60,358 bases of DNA from NCBI GenBank assembly GCA_030529525.1, contig JAUMWS010000001.1, positions 1-60,358 on the forward strand. Direction: 5' to 3'. This stretch comes from Porphyromonas sp. (GTDB taxonomy: Bacteria; Bacteroidota; Bacteroidia; Bacteroidales; Porphyromonadaceae). The first letter of the stretch is position 1. Each line of letters opens with the position of its first letter. Positions 9,255 through 19,434 of this stretch are shown here, piece after piece. A program made the translations under genes and the position numbers. The notes under the pieces were generated by a model. The model was given only the letters and a program-made list of their open reading frames with translations, made no database searches and had not been told where the DNA came from.

Positions 9255-10253
9255 ATGAAAATACTGATTTACGGCCCGGGTGTTGTCGGTAGTACCTACG
9301 GATGGCAACTCCACCGGCAAGGACACGAAATATCCGTACTTGTCCGAAAGGAGAAGTATGAGTTGTACACCAAAGAGGGAATACACATCAGCTGTCAGGA
9401 CTTTCGGGAAGGGAGGAAGAACGTTTCCAAAATTATTTTCAGACCTCATGTCATAGATGAGCTGCGAGCGGATAACGACTTCGACTATATTATCGTCTCC
9501 ACCACCAAGCTTCAAATATCGGAGGTACTTCCTGTCTTGAAAGAGAGTGCAGGCAAAGCAAACATCGTCTTCTTCCAAAATATTTGGGACTATTTCGATG
9601 AGATTGCCGGCTATCTCCGTCCCGAGCAATATTTTTTCAGTTTCCCGTTTATGCTCGGAGGTGGTCGGAAAGAAAATAAAGTACAAGCAACCATCTCCGG
9701 ACTCAGATTTTCTCACACTCCCATAGGGGAAGCGGACGGAACGGTAACCGATAGAGTTCGCGCTTTTGCCGACATTTTGGAGAAAGCCAATCTGAAACCT
9801 CGCATCTGCGGAAGGATATTGGATTGGCTTATTTCTCACTATGCCGTGGCTGCCGGACTCTCCGCCGGAGTCCTCTGTGCAGGAAGCGCAGAACGGTTTG
9901 TGCAGGATGCGGAGAGCATGAAAAAGGCTGTTTATTGCATTAGAGAAGGATTCAAGGTTTGTCTGAAAAGGGGTGTAGACCTCAGCATAGAGCCCACGAA
10001 CAGGCTGCAAGGACTTCCCTTGTGGCTTCTTGTGCCGCTCGCAAAAAAAGTTTACTCCAATGAGGGTTTGCAATCAATATTCAATGGTCATATAGAACAC
10101 GCCCCCGACGAAATTCGTCAAATGCTTGACGACATGATAGAGAGCGGCAAAAAGTATGGTGTAGAGATGCCCCACTTCATTGAAATAAGGGAAACCATAC
10201 GCCGCAGAGATAGCCAAGCTATTCATGAAAAACAGATGGAGCAATCCTCTTAA
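9255..10253 (+). CDS. Ketopantoate reductase (ApbA/PanE)-family oxidoreductase
   Basis: Rossmann MKILIYGPGVVG, DYIIVSTT, FFQN. Start set at ATG 9255. Confidence 0.75.
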   Translation: MKILIYGPGVVGSTYGWQLHRQGHEISVLVRKEKYELYTKEGIHISCQDFREGRKNVSKIIFRPHVIDELRADNDFDYIIVSTTKLQISEVLPVLKESAGKANIVFFQNIWDYFDEIAGYLRPEQYFFSFPFMLGGGRKENKVQATISGLRFSHTPIGEADGTVTDRVRAFADILEKANLKPRICGRILDWLISHYAVAAGLSAGVLCAGSAERFVQDAESMKKAVYCIREGFKVCLKRGVDLSIEPTNRLQGLPLWLLVPLAKKVYSNEGLQSIFNGHIEHAPDEIRQMLDDMIESGKKYGVEMPHFIEIRETIRRRDSQAIHEKQMEQSS

Positions 10254-10454
10254 TCACGTTCAGAAATAAAAAAGATCGGGATAAAAAGCTTCTCCGAACC
10301 TGATAAAAAGAGAAAATCACGCCTTGACCGGAAGAAATCAAGATGCAATTTCTACGGAGCAAGGCGTGATTTGTAAAAGTAGGGCTTTGATTTGGACTTC
10401 CAAACGGCTCTAACAAAAGATCTGTACAGCTATATTACAACAATGCAATGCGTT
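10253..10454. repeat. ~202-bp dyad-symmetric intergenic element, copy E2
   Basis: 17-bp units at 10314, 10335, 10356, 10377. Boxes at 10253/10275/10297 and 10403/10425/10447. Confidence 0.75.
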
Positions 10455-10531
10455 AAAATGAAAACATTCGGGAGAGTTTGGCCCAAAAGAAAAGGAAGAA
10501 GAGAGGCACCCTGCCTCTATACCTTAATGGG

Positions 10532-12748
10532 TCAAGAGAGTGTGCAGAGCCATTTCAGGCTGCTTTGCACAGGATGTTTACCCCCCGGACCCTCCAGACG
10601 GATATGAAGAATATATATTCCGGTTGGGAGCTGCTGCTTGTTCTTACCACTTTTTATCTGCTCGACAAAAAGATGAAGAGCTTCTTTTTCTATATTTAAG
10701 ACCGGAACGCCTCTAAGGTTGAATACCACACCGGAAGCTTTCTCCGGATAGGCTTTGGAGAGTCGCAAAATATCTTCAAAAGGGATCACTTCTTCATCTG
10801 GCCATGCCTGCTCCGGCTCATCGGTGGGGATGTCGGACTTTCCCAATACCGAGTTTGGAAGTCCCGGAGTGGCTTTCCCTACGGAGAGTAAAGCTGCACG
10901 CCACGACTCCGACTCCATTCCCGGAGCCTCCGGACTCACACGCTCCAAAGATGTTCCTGTCGGAGACTTTGGAGAGATTCCCAAAAACTGATGTCGGTAG
11001 AGCATCTCATCCACCACTTGCCATGTCGCCTGAGAAAGAAGATGCAGAGAGAAAACGTTATTGGGCAGAGGAGGAAGATTCATCTTCTCATACAACGCTT
11101 TCGGATCTGTCTGCGGATAAAGAGCGGAGATAGATTTCTTGTAACGGGTTAGCACCACAAAGCCCGCCGGAGGGATAATATAAGAGGTATCGGAGAGCAT
11201 GATGGTCTTAACACTATTCAGCTCTGTGCCGGTACGTATCTCAAGAGCAAGGTCTTTAAGATCCATCTCTTTGCCGGAGCGGTTGTACAGTTCGATAAAC
11301 TCTTCTCCGCCTGCGGACGGATTTGCCAATACCTCATTGATCACCACAGCTCCGGTTTCGACATCATCGAAAGGCGTCTGTATGGGAGGAAGACCGGGTG
11401 TTCCGCCTGTTGTGGATAGTGTCGGACGCCATTGGGGAGCGCCTTTGATAGGAGTGAGAAGGTCTAAACGCTCTACGCTTTGCCCCTCTTTTGCCGGAAT
11501 CCTGTTGCTATAAACCACCTTGTCTACCTCTTCGTCCAAAAACAGAGAGAGGACAAATCTGGTATTGGAGAGCTTGGGAAATCGTTTGAGAGGTATTGCC
11601 TCCGGTGATGGTGCAGGAAATCCTGCTTTGTAGAGAACGACAAAGCTACGAGGAGGCATACTTATCTCCGGGAGAGAGTATGCAGAGCCATTGTAATACA
11701 GTGTGTAGGGAAAAAGATCCAACTCGGCATGAGAGCCATTGTAAAGCTCTATATACTCGCTCCTGCCGGGTAGAGGCTTTGCAAGAAATTCGGAAATAAG
11801 GAGAGAGGAAGATGTCTCGGTATCCTCCAATGAGAATGTAAAATTGACGCTGAACCGCTTTGAACTCTTGGCTGAACGAAGATCTTCGATATTCAGAGTA
11901 TAGCTACGGCTAAGTGTTAGTGCGGGAGAAAAGAAGAGGAGCAACTCTTCGGGCTGCCCTCCTTCACGCAGAGATACTGCGATGGACTCATCGACAATCC
12001 GTGCCGATGCTTCCGAAATATCGAGAGGCTCGCTAAAAAGCAGACGGGCACTGCTATCTTCGGGATTGTATGCCAGTTCGATCACTTGGGGATCTTCGTT
12101 GAGGATATCCCCTCCTCCTGCCTCTATATTTTTCCAGACAAGCTGAGAGCGCTTTACTTTCGTGAAAAAGGCTTCCAATATCATGGTAGAGATCACTTCG
12201 GAAGAGGTGATGCTTGGCAGCTCTACCTCTCTCTCTTCCGACAAACGATCTCCCGAAAGCGAGACGGTAAGCCGAGCACCGGTGTAGCGAACAATGATAC
12301 TCATATCATTCCACGCCATTGAGGCTAATGAGATAGGTATTCGAGCCAAGTTTTGAACGTTTTCCGTACCATTGCTTCCGACCGACAACTGCCGGCTTCT
12401 CTCTTGAAGAAGAAGAACAGAACCATTCTCCTCGGATGTGATGACATAGGACAATACTTTTTCTTCTCGCTTAAGAGAGAAAAGCGTCCAACGAAATCCG
12501 TTTCGAGTGGTTGGGACTCCTGCAAATGCTGTTTGCATCATCCACGTCGTTCCATCGCCTTTCCAGTTGTAATCATGGGATATAGACGCTCGGCTTAGAG
12601 GAGTATCGGGACTTATCGCAAGCCCTGTTCCCTGCCATACAAATGCATCAATATCTCCTCTCCATTGAGACTGAGGAGGAGTGGCTCCATAGACAACTCC
12701 ACAAAGAGAGAAGATCAATAGAGCAAAGATCAATATGTGGTTTTTCAT
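10532..12748 (-). CDS. Secreted protein with two lamin-tail domains, probable T9SS cargo
   Basis: Signal peptide; LISEF...EYIELYN and VINEVL...EEFIELYN; TPGLPNS; C-terminal PTGIYILHI resembles a T9SS CTD. Confidence 0.8.
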   Translation of the reverse strand: MKNHILIFALLIFSLCGVVYGATPPQSQWRGDIDAFVWQGTGLAISPDTPLSRASISHDYNWKGDGTTWMMQTAFAGVPTTRNGFRWTLFSLKREEKVLSYVITSEENGSVLLLQERSRQLSVGSNGTENVQNLARIPISLASMAWNDMSIIVRYTGARLTVSLSGDRLSEEREVELPSITSSEVISTMILEAFFTKVKRSQLVWKNIEAGGGDILNEDPQVIELAYNPEDSSARLLFSEPLDISEASARIVDESIAVSLREGGQPEELLLFFSPALTLSRSYTLNIEDLRSAKSSKRFSVNFTFSLEDTETSSSLLISEFLAKPLPGRSEYIELYNGSHAELDLFPYTLYYNGSAYSLPEISMPPRSFVVLYKAGFPAPSPEAIPLKRFPKLSNTRFVLSLFLDEEVDKVVYSNRIPAKEGQSVERLDLLTPIKGAPQWRPTLSTTGGTPGLPPIQTPFDDVETGAVVINEVLANPSAGGEEFIELYNRSGKEMDLKDLALEIRTGTELNSVKTIMLSDTSYIIPPAGFVVLTRYKKSISALYPQTDPKALYEKMNLPPLPNNVFSLHLLSQATWQVVDEMLYRHQFLGISPKSPTGTSLERVSPEAPGMESESWRAALLSVGKATPGLPNSVLGKSDIPTDEPEQAWPDEEVIPFEDILRLSKAYPEKASGVVFNLRGVPVLNIEKEALHLFVEQIKSGKNKQQLPTGIYILHIRLEGPGGKHPVQSSLKWLCTLS

Positions 12749-12765
12749 TTATCCTATTTATCTGC

Positions 12766-14106
12766 TTATACAGCAGGCAAGCTCATTCCGGTTAGTGTCC
12801 TGTACAGATCCAAAGCATATATATCGGTCATGCCCGAAATATAGTCCAAAGCGGTCTGTATCTTGCCATAGAGGGTTGGACGTTTGAGGTCGTACTGCTC
12901 GGAAACTCGCCCAAACCAGAGTTGAGAATAGGCTCTGTCCGGATATTTTTGAGCGATGATAAGCCGCTCAAGAAGATCTCCGAAGATGGTGAAACCTGCC
13001 ATTTCTATATCTTTGACCTCTCCGGCACAGTAAACTTTCGCCTTTGCCGTCTCGGCACAATGCTTAAAAGCAGCCTGCACTTCTGTTGAGAGATTATCGG
13101 TAAGCGCGCCCTTGAACGTGCCACTAAGGATAGCGTCTTCATTTTCGGTAAATATCTGTGTGCACTCTTCTACCAAAGTGCCAATAACAACGGATCGGAT
13201 GTAAGCAATCTGTTCGTTCTTGTCCGTCACCCGATTCATTATTTTCTGCATCTTTTGCGTTCTTTCGGAAGTCAGAAAGCCGTACATGATATCTTTCACC
13301 TCTTTTTCATCTATCAGCTTTAGCTTGAAAGCATCTTCCATATCCATAAGCTGATAGCAGATATCATCCGCTGCCTCTACCAGATAAACCAGTGGATAGC
13401 GAGCGTGACGCAGAGTACCATTTTCCTCTTCAAGCACCGGAATGCCGAGCCTGTCGGCTATAGTGAGATAGGTATCCTCTTCTGTCTGGAAATATCCGTA
13501 CTTCTTTTTTTTCAAGGCAAGAGAACAATGCGAAGGACAAGGGTACTTCACAATAGATGCAAGTGTGCTGTAAGTGAGAGCAAAACCGCCGTCTCGACGC
13601 CCCTTAAAGCTGTGAGTAAGTAGCCGGAAAGCATTCGCATTACCTTCAAAATGCCCAAAATCTGCCCAACGACCGCCCTCACTTATCACTTCATCCCGAT
13701 ATTTTGCTCCATGTCCTTCGTTGAAATAGGCGGATATAGCCCTCTCTCCCGAATGTCCAAAGGGAGGATTGCCCATATCGTGAGCTAAACAAGCAGCCGC
13801 CACAATGCTTCCCATCTCCTCGAATGTGGCTTCACTCTTTGGGTTTTTCTCCCTCAGAATACGCCCTGCATTGTTTCCAAGAGAGCGTCCTACGCAGGCA
13901 ACCTCAAGACTGTGAGTGAGCCTGTTGTGTACGAACACCTTTCCCGGCAGGGGGAATACTTGCGTCTTGTTCTGTAAACGGCGAAAAGGAGCGGAAAAGA
14001 TCAGTCTGTCATAATCTCTTTGGAAGTCTGTCCGTCCGGGAGACTTCATGTGATAGTCCTCCATACCCAAACGTGTATCTTGGAGGAGCTGTTCCCACCT
14101 CATCAT
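12766..14106 (-). CDS. dgt: dGTP triphosphohydrolase (HD family)
   Basis: FRRLQNKTQVF, HNRLTHSLEV, LAHDMGNPPFGHSGE, EAADDICY, DYISGMTD. Confidence 0.95.
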   Translation of the reverse strand: MMRWEQLLQDTRLGMEDYHMKSPGRTDFQRDYDRLIFSAPFRRLQNKTQVFPLPGKVFVHNRLTHSLEVACVGRSLGNNAGRILREKNPKSEATFEEMGSIVAAACLAHDMGNPPFGHSGERAISAYFNEGHGAKYRDEVISEGGRWADFGHFEGNANAFRLLTHSFKGRRDGGFALTYSTLASIVKYPCPSHCSLALKKKKYGYFQTEEDTYLTIADRLGIPVLEEENGTLRHARYPLVYLVEAADDICYQLMDMEDAFKLKLIDEKEVKDIMYGFLTSERTQKMQKIMNRVTDKNEQIAYIRSVVIGTLVEECTQIFTENEDAILSGTFKGALTDNLSTEVQAAFKHCAETAKAKVYCAGEVKDIEMAGFTIFGDLLERLIIAQKYPDRAYSQLWFGRVSEQYDLKRPTLYGKIQTALDYISGMTDIYALDLYRTLTGMSLPAV

Positions 14107-14107
14107 A

Positions 14108-14815
14108 TCAGGAGTGCTGTTTTAATTGTTCCAGTTTAGCGACCAACAGTTGCATACCTTCGCTACTGCCGCAACGGAAATGGGTAAATTCCAATCCACC
14201 CATAACGACCTCTTTGGGGTCTATCAGAAAAATCGGTGTCCCCGGTTTGGCATAATGAACAAGCCCTGCAGCCGGATAGACATTCAGGCTCGTACCGACA
14301 ACTACGAATATATCCGCCTCCAAGACATGCTGGATACCTTCATCCAACTTAGGCACAGACTCCCCAAAGAAAACCACAAAAGGTCTGAGAGGAATACCGT
14401 TGGCATCGACATCTTCCTTAGTCAAAGCCAATCGGCCATCGGGCAGAGGAAGAGGTTTATAAGGATTCGAGACAGAGGCGCACTTCATTGCTTCTCCGTG
14501 CAGATGCACTATGTTTGAAGAGCCTGCCCGCTCGTGCAGATCATCTATATTCTGTGTAACGACAACCACATCGTACTCCTTTTCGAGTTCGGCTATGGCA
14601 AGATGACCATTGTTAGGCTTTACTTTGGCAATCTCTTCCCTCCTCATGTTGTAAAATTCCCGTACAAGGTCAGGATTTGCACGTAAAGCTTCCGGAGTAC
14701 ATACATTTTCTATTCTGTATTTAGCCCATAGTCCGTCTGCGTCTCTGAATGTTTCGAGACCGCTTTCGACGCTCATCCCGGCTCCGGTTAGGAATACTAT
14801 TTTTTTCTTACTCAT
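14108..14815 (-). CDS. cobB: NAD-dependent deacylase, sirtuin (CobB-like)
   Basis: GAGMSVESG, TQNIDDLHERAG, HLHG, VVFFGE, GTSL; class III YxxR (FYNMR). Confidence 0.9.
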   Translation of the reverse strand: MSKKKIVFLTGAGMSVESGLETFRDADGLWAKYRIENVCTPEALRANPDLVREFYNMRREEIAKVKPNNGHLAIAELEKEYDVVVVTQNIDDLHERAGSSNIVHLHGEAMKCASVSNPYKPLPLPDGRLALTKEDVDANGIPLRPFVVFFGESVPKLDEGIQHVLEADIFVVVGTSLNVYPAAGLVHYAKPGTPIFLIDPKEVVMGGLEFTHFRCGSSEGMQLLVAKLEQLKQHS

Positions 14816-14832
14816 ACTGCATTCGTTTGGTA

Positions 14833-16155
14833 TTACGGTTTAGAAATCTTTTTCAAACTGTGTCTCAAAGATCCTTGAAGGAATAGCATCTCTCCCTTCT
14901 CGGGATAAAAAACAATCCTTATCGCTGCCGGGACAAAAACATACACGCCCTCTCCTGTTCCTTTAAGTGGAAAAGCTTGTTGTCCGAGGGCTTGCGCCAT
15001 AAGCTTACCCTCCTGTACCCCTACAAATAAGGGGAAAGGAAACTCTTTTGAAGCGTATACCCCCGTATAACGATCGTACATATCGGGGCTGTCTGCCTTG
15101 GATTTCTGCCACGGCTGATTGTGTATGGCAGAAAGAAGTCCTGCTACTACGGTGGCAAGATCCTCTTTCACACCATTAAATGTGTAAGCATAAGAGTAAC
15201 CGGTATCGGGAAAATAAAACACGGCAGAAGCATAACCATCTATCCCGCCCGTGTGTCCGAAAGCCTTTTTATCTTGAAATCTCAAAGGGAGTATCCCCAT
15301 ACCATAATTATCTTTCAGCTCCAGCATTTTTTCGAGGCTCTTCGGAGAGAGAAGAGAACCGTTCATAAGAGCAAAAATAAATCTGTTCAGATCTTTTGGT
15401 GTAGAGATAATATCTCCCGTACCTAAGAGTACAGAACTATCGGTATAACCGGCAGAACTCCATCCTGAAAGGTTTCGATAGGAAGGAGCTTCATTCTTTT
15501 TGCGATCAATATTCCTCTCCACACGTGTAGAAGAGAGCTTCAAAGGTTCAATGATATACTCTCCCAACAGCTCAGAATAGCTCTTTCCGGAAACCTGCTC
15601 GGCTATCATTGCCAAAAGGACATAGTTGCTGTTGGAATACTCCGCCTTACTATCGGGTGTCTCAAACGATAATCCTGCCGTCTTGATGCGTTCTAACAGT
15701 TGCTCTTTTGTGTGTTGCTCCTGCTTCCAAGAGATATAGCCCGACGTTTCAAGATAGTTTCTCAGTCCGCTTCTATGCCTAAGCAGCTGCTCTATGGTAA
15801 TTCGGGAGGCACCTTGAAGGTTAGGGAAATATCGGCTCAATGTGTCTTGCAAAGAGAGCTTACCCTCTTCTGCCAAGCGCAAAACAGCCACGGCACAAAA
15901 TGTTTTGCTTATGGAAGCTATTCTGTAACGGGTATCGACATCAGCTTTAATCTGATGTTCGACATCTCTAAACCCTATCGCCCTCGAACAAATTTCCTCT
16001 CCGGAGCGATACACGGATATGGATCCCATAACCATTTCATCCTGCTCCACCATATCCAAAAACCTGTTCAGGCGGAGGAAAGACTCGTCCTGCGCCCGAA
16101 CGGCAAGCGAATAAAAGGCGACAATAATGGCTGTAAGACTTATGACTCGTTTCAT
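14833..16155 (-). CDS. Serine hydrolase, beta-lactamase/AmpC-like family, with C-terminal DUF3471-like domain
   Basis: SxxK (SISK), LLRHRSGL, YSN and HTG motifs; signal peptide. Confidence 0.9.
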   Translation of the reverse strand: MKRVISLTAIIVAFYSLAVRAQDESFLRLNRFLDMVEQDEMVMGSISVYRSGEEICSRAIGFRDVEHQIKADVDTRYRIASISKTFCAVAVLRLAEEGKLSLQDTLSRYFPNLQGASRITIEQLLRHRSGLRNYLETSGYISWKQEQHTKEQLLERIKTAGLSFETPDSKAEYSNSNYVLLAMIAEQVSGKSYSELLGEYIIEPLKLSSTRVERNIDRKKNEAPSYRNLSGWSSAGYTDSSVLLGTGDIISTPKDLNRFIFALMNGSLLSPKSLEKMLELKDNYGMGILPLRFQDKKAFGHTGGIDGYASAVFYFPDTGYSYAYTFNGVKEDLATVVAGLLSAIHNQPWQKSKADSPDMYDRYTGVYASKEFPFPLFVGVQEGKLMAQALGQQAFPLKGTGEGVYVFVPAAIRIVFYPEKGEMLFLQGSLRHSLKKISKP

Positions 16156-16168
16156 CTTTCCAATCGGG

Positions 16169-16762
16169 TTACTCCTCTTTCTTCATTTCCAGAGTCTGTC
16201 CCATCTGTTTTAATACCAGCTTTTTCTCTTTCGGAAAGAACTCTATCTCAAGACCCAGTGCTTTGTTTTCAAAGACTCGTTCGCTCTTGCAGTCGAGAGG
16301 GAAAGCAGGTTGCATGCTCAGCTGAGCCGTAAGTTCGCTCTTTTCACGCTTTATGGTGAGTTTCATTGGAAGATTCGCGGAGCTATATACCCCCGCATAA
16401 GTATCCAACACAGCCGGGTTAACTTTCACTTTAGACTCTGCTCTGTGGGCAGATCTGGTCATCTCTATTCTCATACCTGCCTGTTCAAAAACCAGCTTGT
16501 TCTCTTTCGGGAAAAACTCTATCGTGATTCCGACTTGCAGATTTTCGTACCGAGCGGGCGACTTGTAGGTCAATTCAAAAGCGGGTTGTCCCGAACCTTG
16601 TGCCGTGAGAACATCTCCACGCAAAGAAATATGCAAATGTATAGGAAGTTGAGGTGACGAATAAATCCCCTCATAACTCTTCATAACTTCCCGGCTCTCC
16701 TGTGCGGACAATCCGACAACAGAGAATAGTGCCACCAATAATGTTAAAAATAGTTTTTTCAT
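16169..16762 (-). CDS. Secreted protein of two tandem DUF3471-like domains
   Basis: Signal peptide and two internal repeats Y.G.YSS..LP....I......LTAQ...QPAF.L...IEFFPKE.KLV. Confidence 0.7.
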   Translation of the reverse strand: MKKLFLTLLVALFSVVGLSAQESREVMKSYEGIYSSPQLPIHLHISLRGDVLTAQGSGQPAFELTYKSPARYENLQVGITIEFFPKENKLVFEQAGMRIEMTRSAHRAESKVKVNPAVLDTYAGVYSSANLPMKLTIKREKSELTAQLSMQPAFPLDCKSERVFENKALGLEIEFFPKEKKLVLKQMGQTLEMKKEE

Positions 16763-16787
16763 GTCCGGTTCTCCTCTATTTTTTAGA

Positions 16788-17906
16788 TTATAAGTACTCT
16801 TTTCCTTTGGATGCAGCAGAGAGATGCAACTGCTTTACTTTCTGTTCTTCTCCTCGTTTGCAGATGAGCAGAACCTTATCTTTCTCCACAACAAAGAGAT
16901 CTTCCACCCCCTGCATCACCACCAGTCGCCCCGGAGTATCGCTTACCACAAGGTTTCGGTGGCTGTCATTTTCCAGCACGGTAGTGTGCAATATCATGTT
17001 TTCTCTCTCATCCTTCTCTCCTATTTCGTACACAGAACGCCATGTTCCGAGGTCTGCCCATCCGAAGTCTGCTATTAGGACATAGACGTTAGAGGCTTTT
17101 TCCAGCACGGTATAGTCTATGGATATACTGGGACAATAGGGGAAGGCTTCTGCAACGTGTGCTTTCTCGTTCGGAGTTCCATAGGGAGCCAAACTCTCTT
17201 TGTCCGGTCCTTCCAAACGTTCCATCAGTTCGGGAGCGTACTCTCGAAGGGCTTTCAGTAGCACGGCACCCGAAGCAAAAAGCATCCCGGAGTTCCAAAA
17301 GAACTCTCCGCTCTCTATGAATATTCTCGCGATTTCCATTTTGGGCTTTTCCGTAAATGTCTTTGCTTTAAGAACATGCCCTAATGGATCTTCAGGCATT
17401 CCCTTGCCATCTACTTGGATATAGCCGTATCCGATATCGGGACGAGAGGGTGCAATACCTATCGTAAGTAGTGCTTCGTCGTTTTCCTCAATATAGGATG
17501 CTGCCTGCTTCATAGACTTTATGAAGAGATCGTGATCCAGCACCAAATGGTCCGATGGAGCAAAACAGATCTTCGCATCTCTGTCTCTACTCAATAGGTG
17601 AAGTGTAGCCAATGCACAGCTGGCAGTGGTATTTCTACGACAAGGTTCCGATATTATATTATCCTTGGGGAGATCCGGAAGCTGCTCCTGTACTATCTCT
17701 ACATAATTGATATTCGTGGATACAAGGATTCGATCCGGTGAAAAAGATTTTGAGAGACGGCGGTAAGTCATCTGAAGAAGTGTCTCTCCCAAGCCAAAGA
17801 AGTCTAAAAACTGTTTAGGCATACTCTTGCGACTATAGGGCCAGAATCGGTTTCCTTCCCCGCCCGCAAGAATGACGCAATAAGTTTGTGTAGTGTACAT
17901 AGCCAT
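16788..17906 (-). CDS. manC: Mannose-1-phosphate guanylyltransferase
   Basis: ILAGGEGNRFWPYSR..PKQFL, PSDH, EKP, FFWNSG, SIDY, WADLG. Confidence 0.92.
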   Translation of the reverse strand: MAMYTTQTYCVILAGGEGNRFWPYSRKSMPKQFLDFFGLGETLLQMTYRRLSKSFSPDRILVSTNINYVEIVQEQLPDLPKDNIISEPCRRNTTASCALATLHLLSRDRDAKICFAPSDHLVLDHDLFIKSMKQAASYIEENDEALLTIGIAPSRPDIGYGYIQVDGKGMPEDPLGHVLKAKTFTEKPKMEIARIFIESGEFFWNSGMLFASGAVLLKALREYAPELMERLEGPDKESLAPYGTPNEKAHVAEAFPYCPSISIDYTVLEKASNVYVLIADFGWADLGTWRSVYEIGEKDERENMILHTTVLENDSHRNLVVSDTPGRLVVMQGVEDLFVVEKDKVLLICKRGEEQKVKQLHLSAASKGKEYL

Positions 17907-17977
17907 CAATATTAGAATGCAGGAAGCAACATCACTCCCGCACAGGTCTATGCAAATTTAACCATAACGTAAGAAAG

Positions 17978-18013
17978 AAACAAGCCTGAAACGAGATTGT
18001 TTCAGGCTTGTTT
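17978..18013 (-). terminator. Intrinsic terminator
   Basis: aaacaagcctgaaac...gtttcaggcttgttt. Confidence 0.7.
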
Positions 18014-18082
18014 TTTATATCCATTCCTCCACGATAAAGAGAATTAAACAGCTAAAAACAAGGTAGTTGAATCCGCTCTTTA

Positions 18083-19285
18083 TTATGTTGCATCGCTGCA
18101 ATCCGGCTCTATCCGTTCGCCATCTTTATAGAGATACTCCTCACAAGATCCATCTTCGTTATAAATCCGAGATATGCCATGACGCTTCCCGTTTCTGAAC
18201 TCCGTCTCTTCCGTAAGCGTACCATCTTCCTCGTACCAACGTGCCGTACCATTCCTTTTACCCTTACTATAAGTGCAGATGTAATCTATCCGACCATGTG
18301 GCAAAGTATCGGACGGATCTTGATAGTAATAGACCAACTCTCCTTCCAACAGCCCGTCGCGGTAGTATCCTACCATTTCCAGCTGTCCGTTGAGATAGAA
18401 TTGTCTGACGCATCCGTCTCGCTCTCCATCTTTGAAGCTACCCTCAAAAACCGGAACAAAACCCTTTTCGGTGTTGCAATATATCCGAATATCACCATTC
18501 AGCATGCCGTTTATCACACACCCTTTATAACGTCTCGGAAAGAGCACACCGCTCTCTACGACAGCCTCCATATCCATCTCTCCGGAGAATGGATCATCGC
18601 TTCCTATCCGGCGTATCAGGCCGGCAGAGTCTCTGTACAGCTTATACGATTCGGATCTTTGGGGAACACCTTCCCGGGAATAGCTCCGAACATCGTCCTG
18701 TTCGCCATTCTCTCTGTAATACCGCCACTTACCCACCTCTATACAGTCCCAGTGAGTCCCTTTATCCACCGGTATTTTATCTCCCTCTGCCCACGGCTGA
18801 CCATTGGGATGATAGTATCGACACGCTCCATCCACCGCTCCCTCTCTGTATGTCTCCACAGCTTCCAAAGAGCCGTCCGGTCTATACTGCTTCACCTTTC
18901 CGAGCCTGCCCCCATAAAGAGTTGCTTTCCTGCCCTCTTCTTTCAGCACTCCGCTCTCATAATACTCCACATAAGGAACGCCCCTACTCTTTATTGCATC
19001 TCGGACAATCCCGATAAGCCAAAATGCGAGAAATAGAACAAGAGGAGCAATGAGGGCGGGGAGATAGCTGTCAAACCAGCGTTTGGAAAGCAGCAGACTC
19101 ACCACCAACAGCAAGACAGAGAAGAATATCGCCAAAGATATCTGCACAAAGCCCCGAAACATACCCGAACTCGGAGTGTCCGCACCGCCCTCAGGCGCCA
19201 GTGCAGCTAAGAGATAAGCCAACCCTCCTGCAAGTATGGGATAGAGAATGGCTGTAACGAGAATAAATATAAGCTTGGACTTCAT
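18083..19285 (-). CDS. Membrane-anchored MORN-variant repeat protein (YwqK-like)
   Basis: Three N-terminal hydrophobic segments, then repeats of YY.NG.L...G.Y..G...G. Confidence 0.75.
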   Translation of the reverse strand: MKSKLIFILVTAILYPILAGGLAYLLAALAPEGGADTPSSGMFRGFVQISLAIFFSVLLLVVSLLLSKRWFDSYLPALIAPLVLFLAFWLIGIVRDAIKSRGVPYVEYYESGVLKEEGRKATLYGGRLGKVKQYRPDGSLEAVETYREGAVDGACRYYHPNGQPWAEGDKIPVDKGTHWDCIEVGKWRYYRENGEQDDVRSYSREGVPQRSESYKLYRDSAGLIRRIGSDDPFSGEMDMEAVVESGVLFPRRYKGCVINGMLNGDIRIYCNTEKGFVPVFEGSFKDGERDGCVRQFYLNGQLEMVGYYRDGLLEGELVYYYQDPSDTLPHGRIDYICTYSKGKRNGTARWYEEDGTLTEETEFRNGKRHGISRIYNEDGSCEEYLYKDGERIEPDCSDAT

Positions 19286-19434
19286 GGGAAACAGTCTTGT
19301 GAGGGTGGGTATCTAAAGGCATCGGAGAGCACTTTTCCGCTCTTTGCCCCAACATGATGCCAAGATAAGAAAAAAGGTAAAAGCGGAGAGCTGTTTTTGG
19401 AAACAAAGTGAAGAAAAAAATCGCACTTTTTACA

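Noticed and set aside
18179-19036. Long antisense ORFs (also 9234-10073, 20334-21080, 25176-25949, 40719-41465, 55571-56377)
   Set aside because: Shadow frames of well-supported genes with no recognisable motifs.
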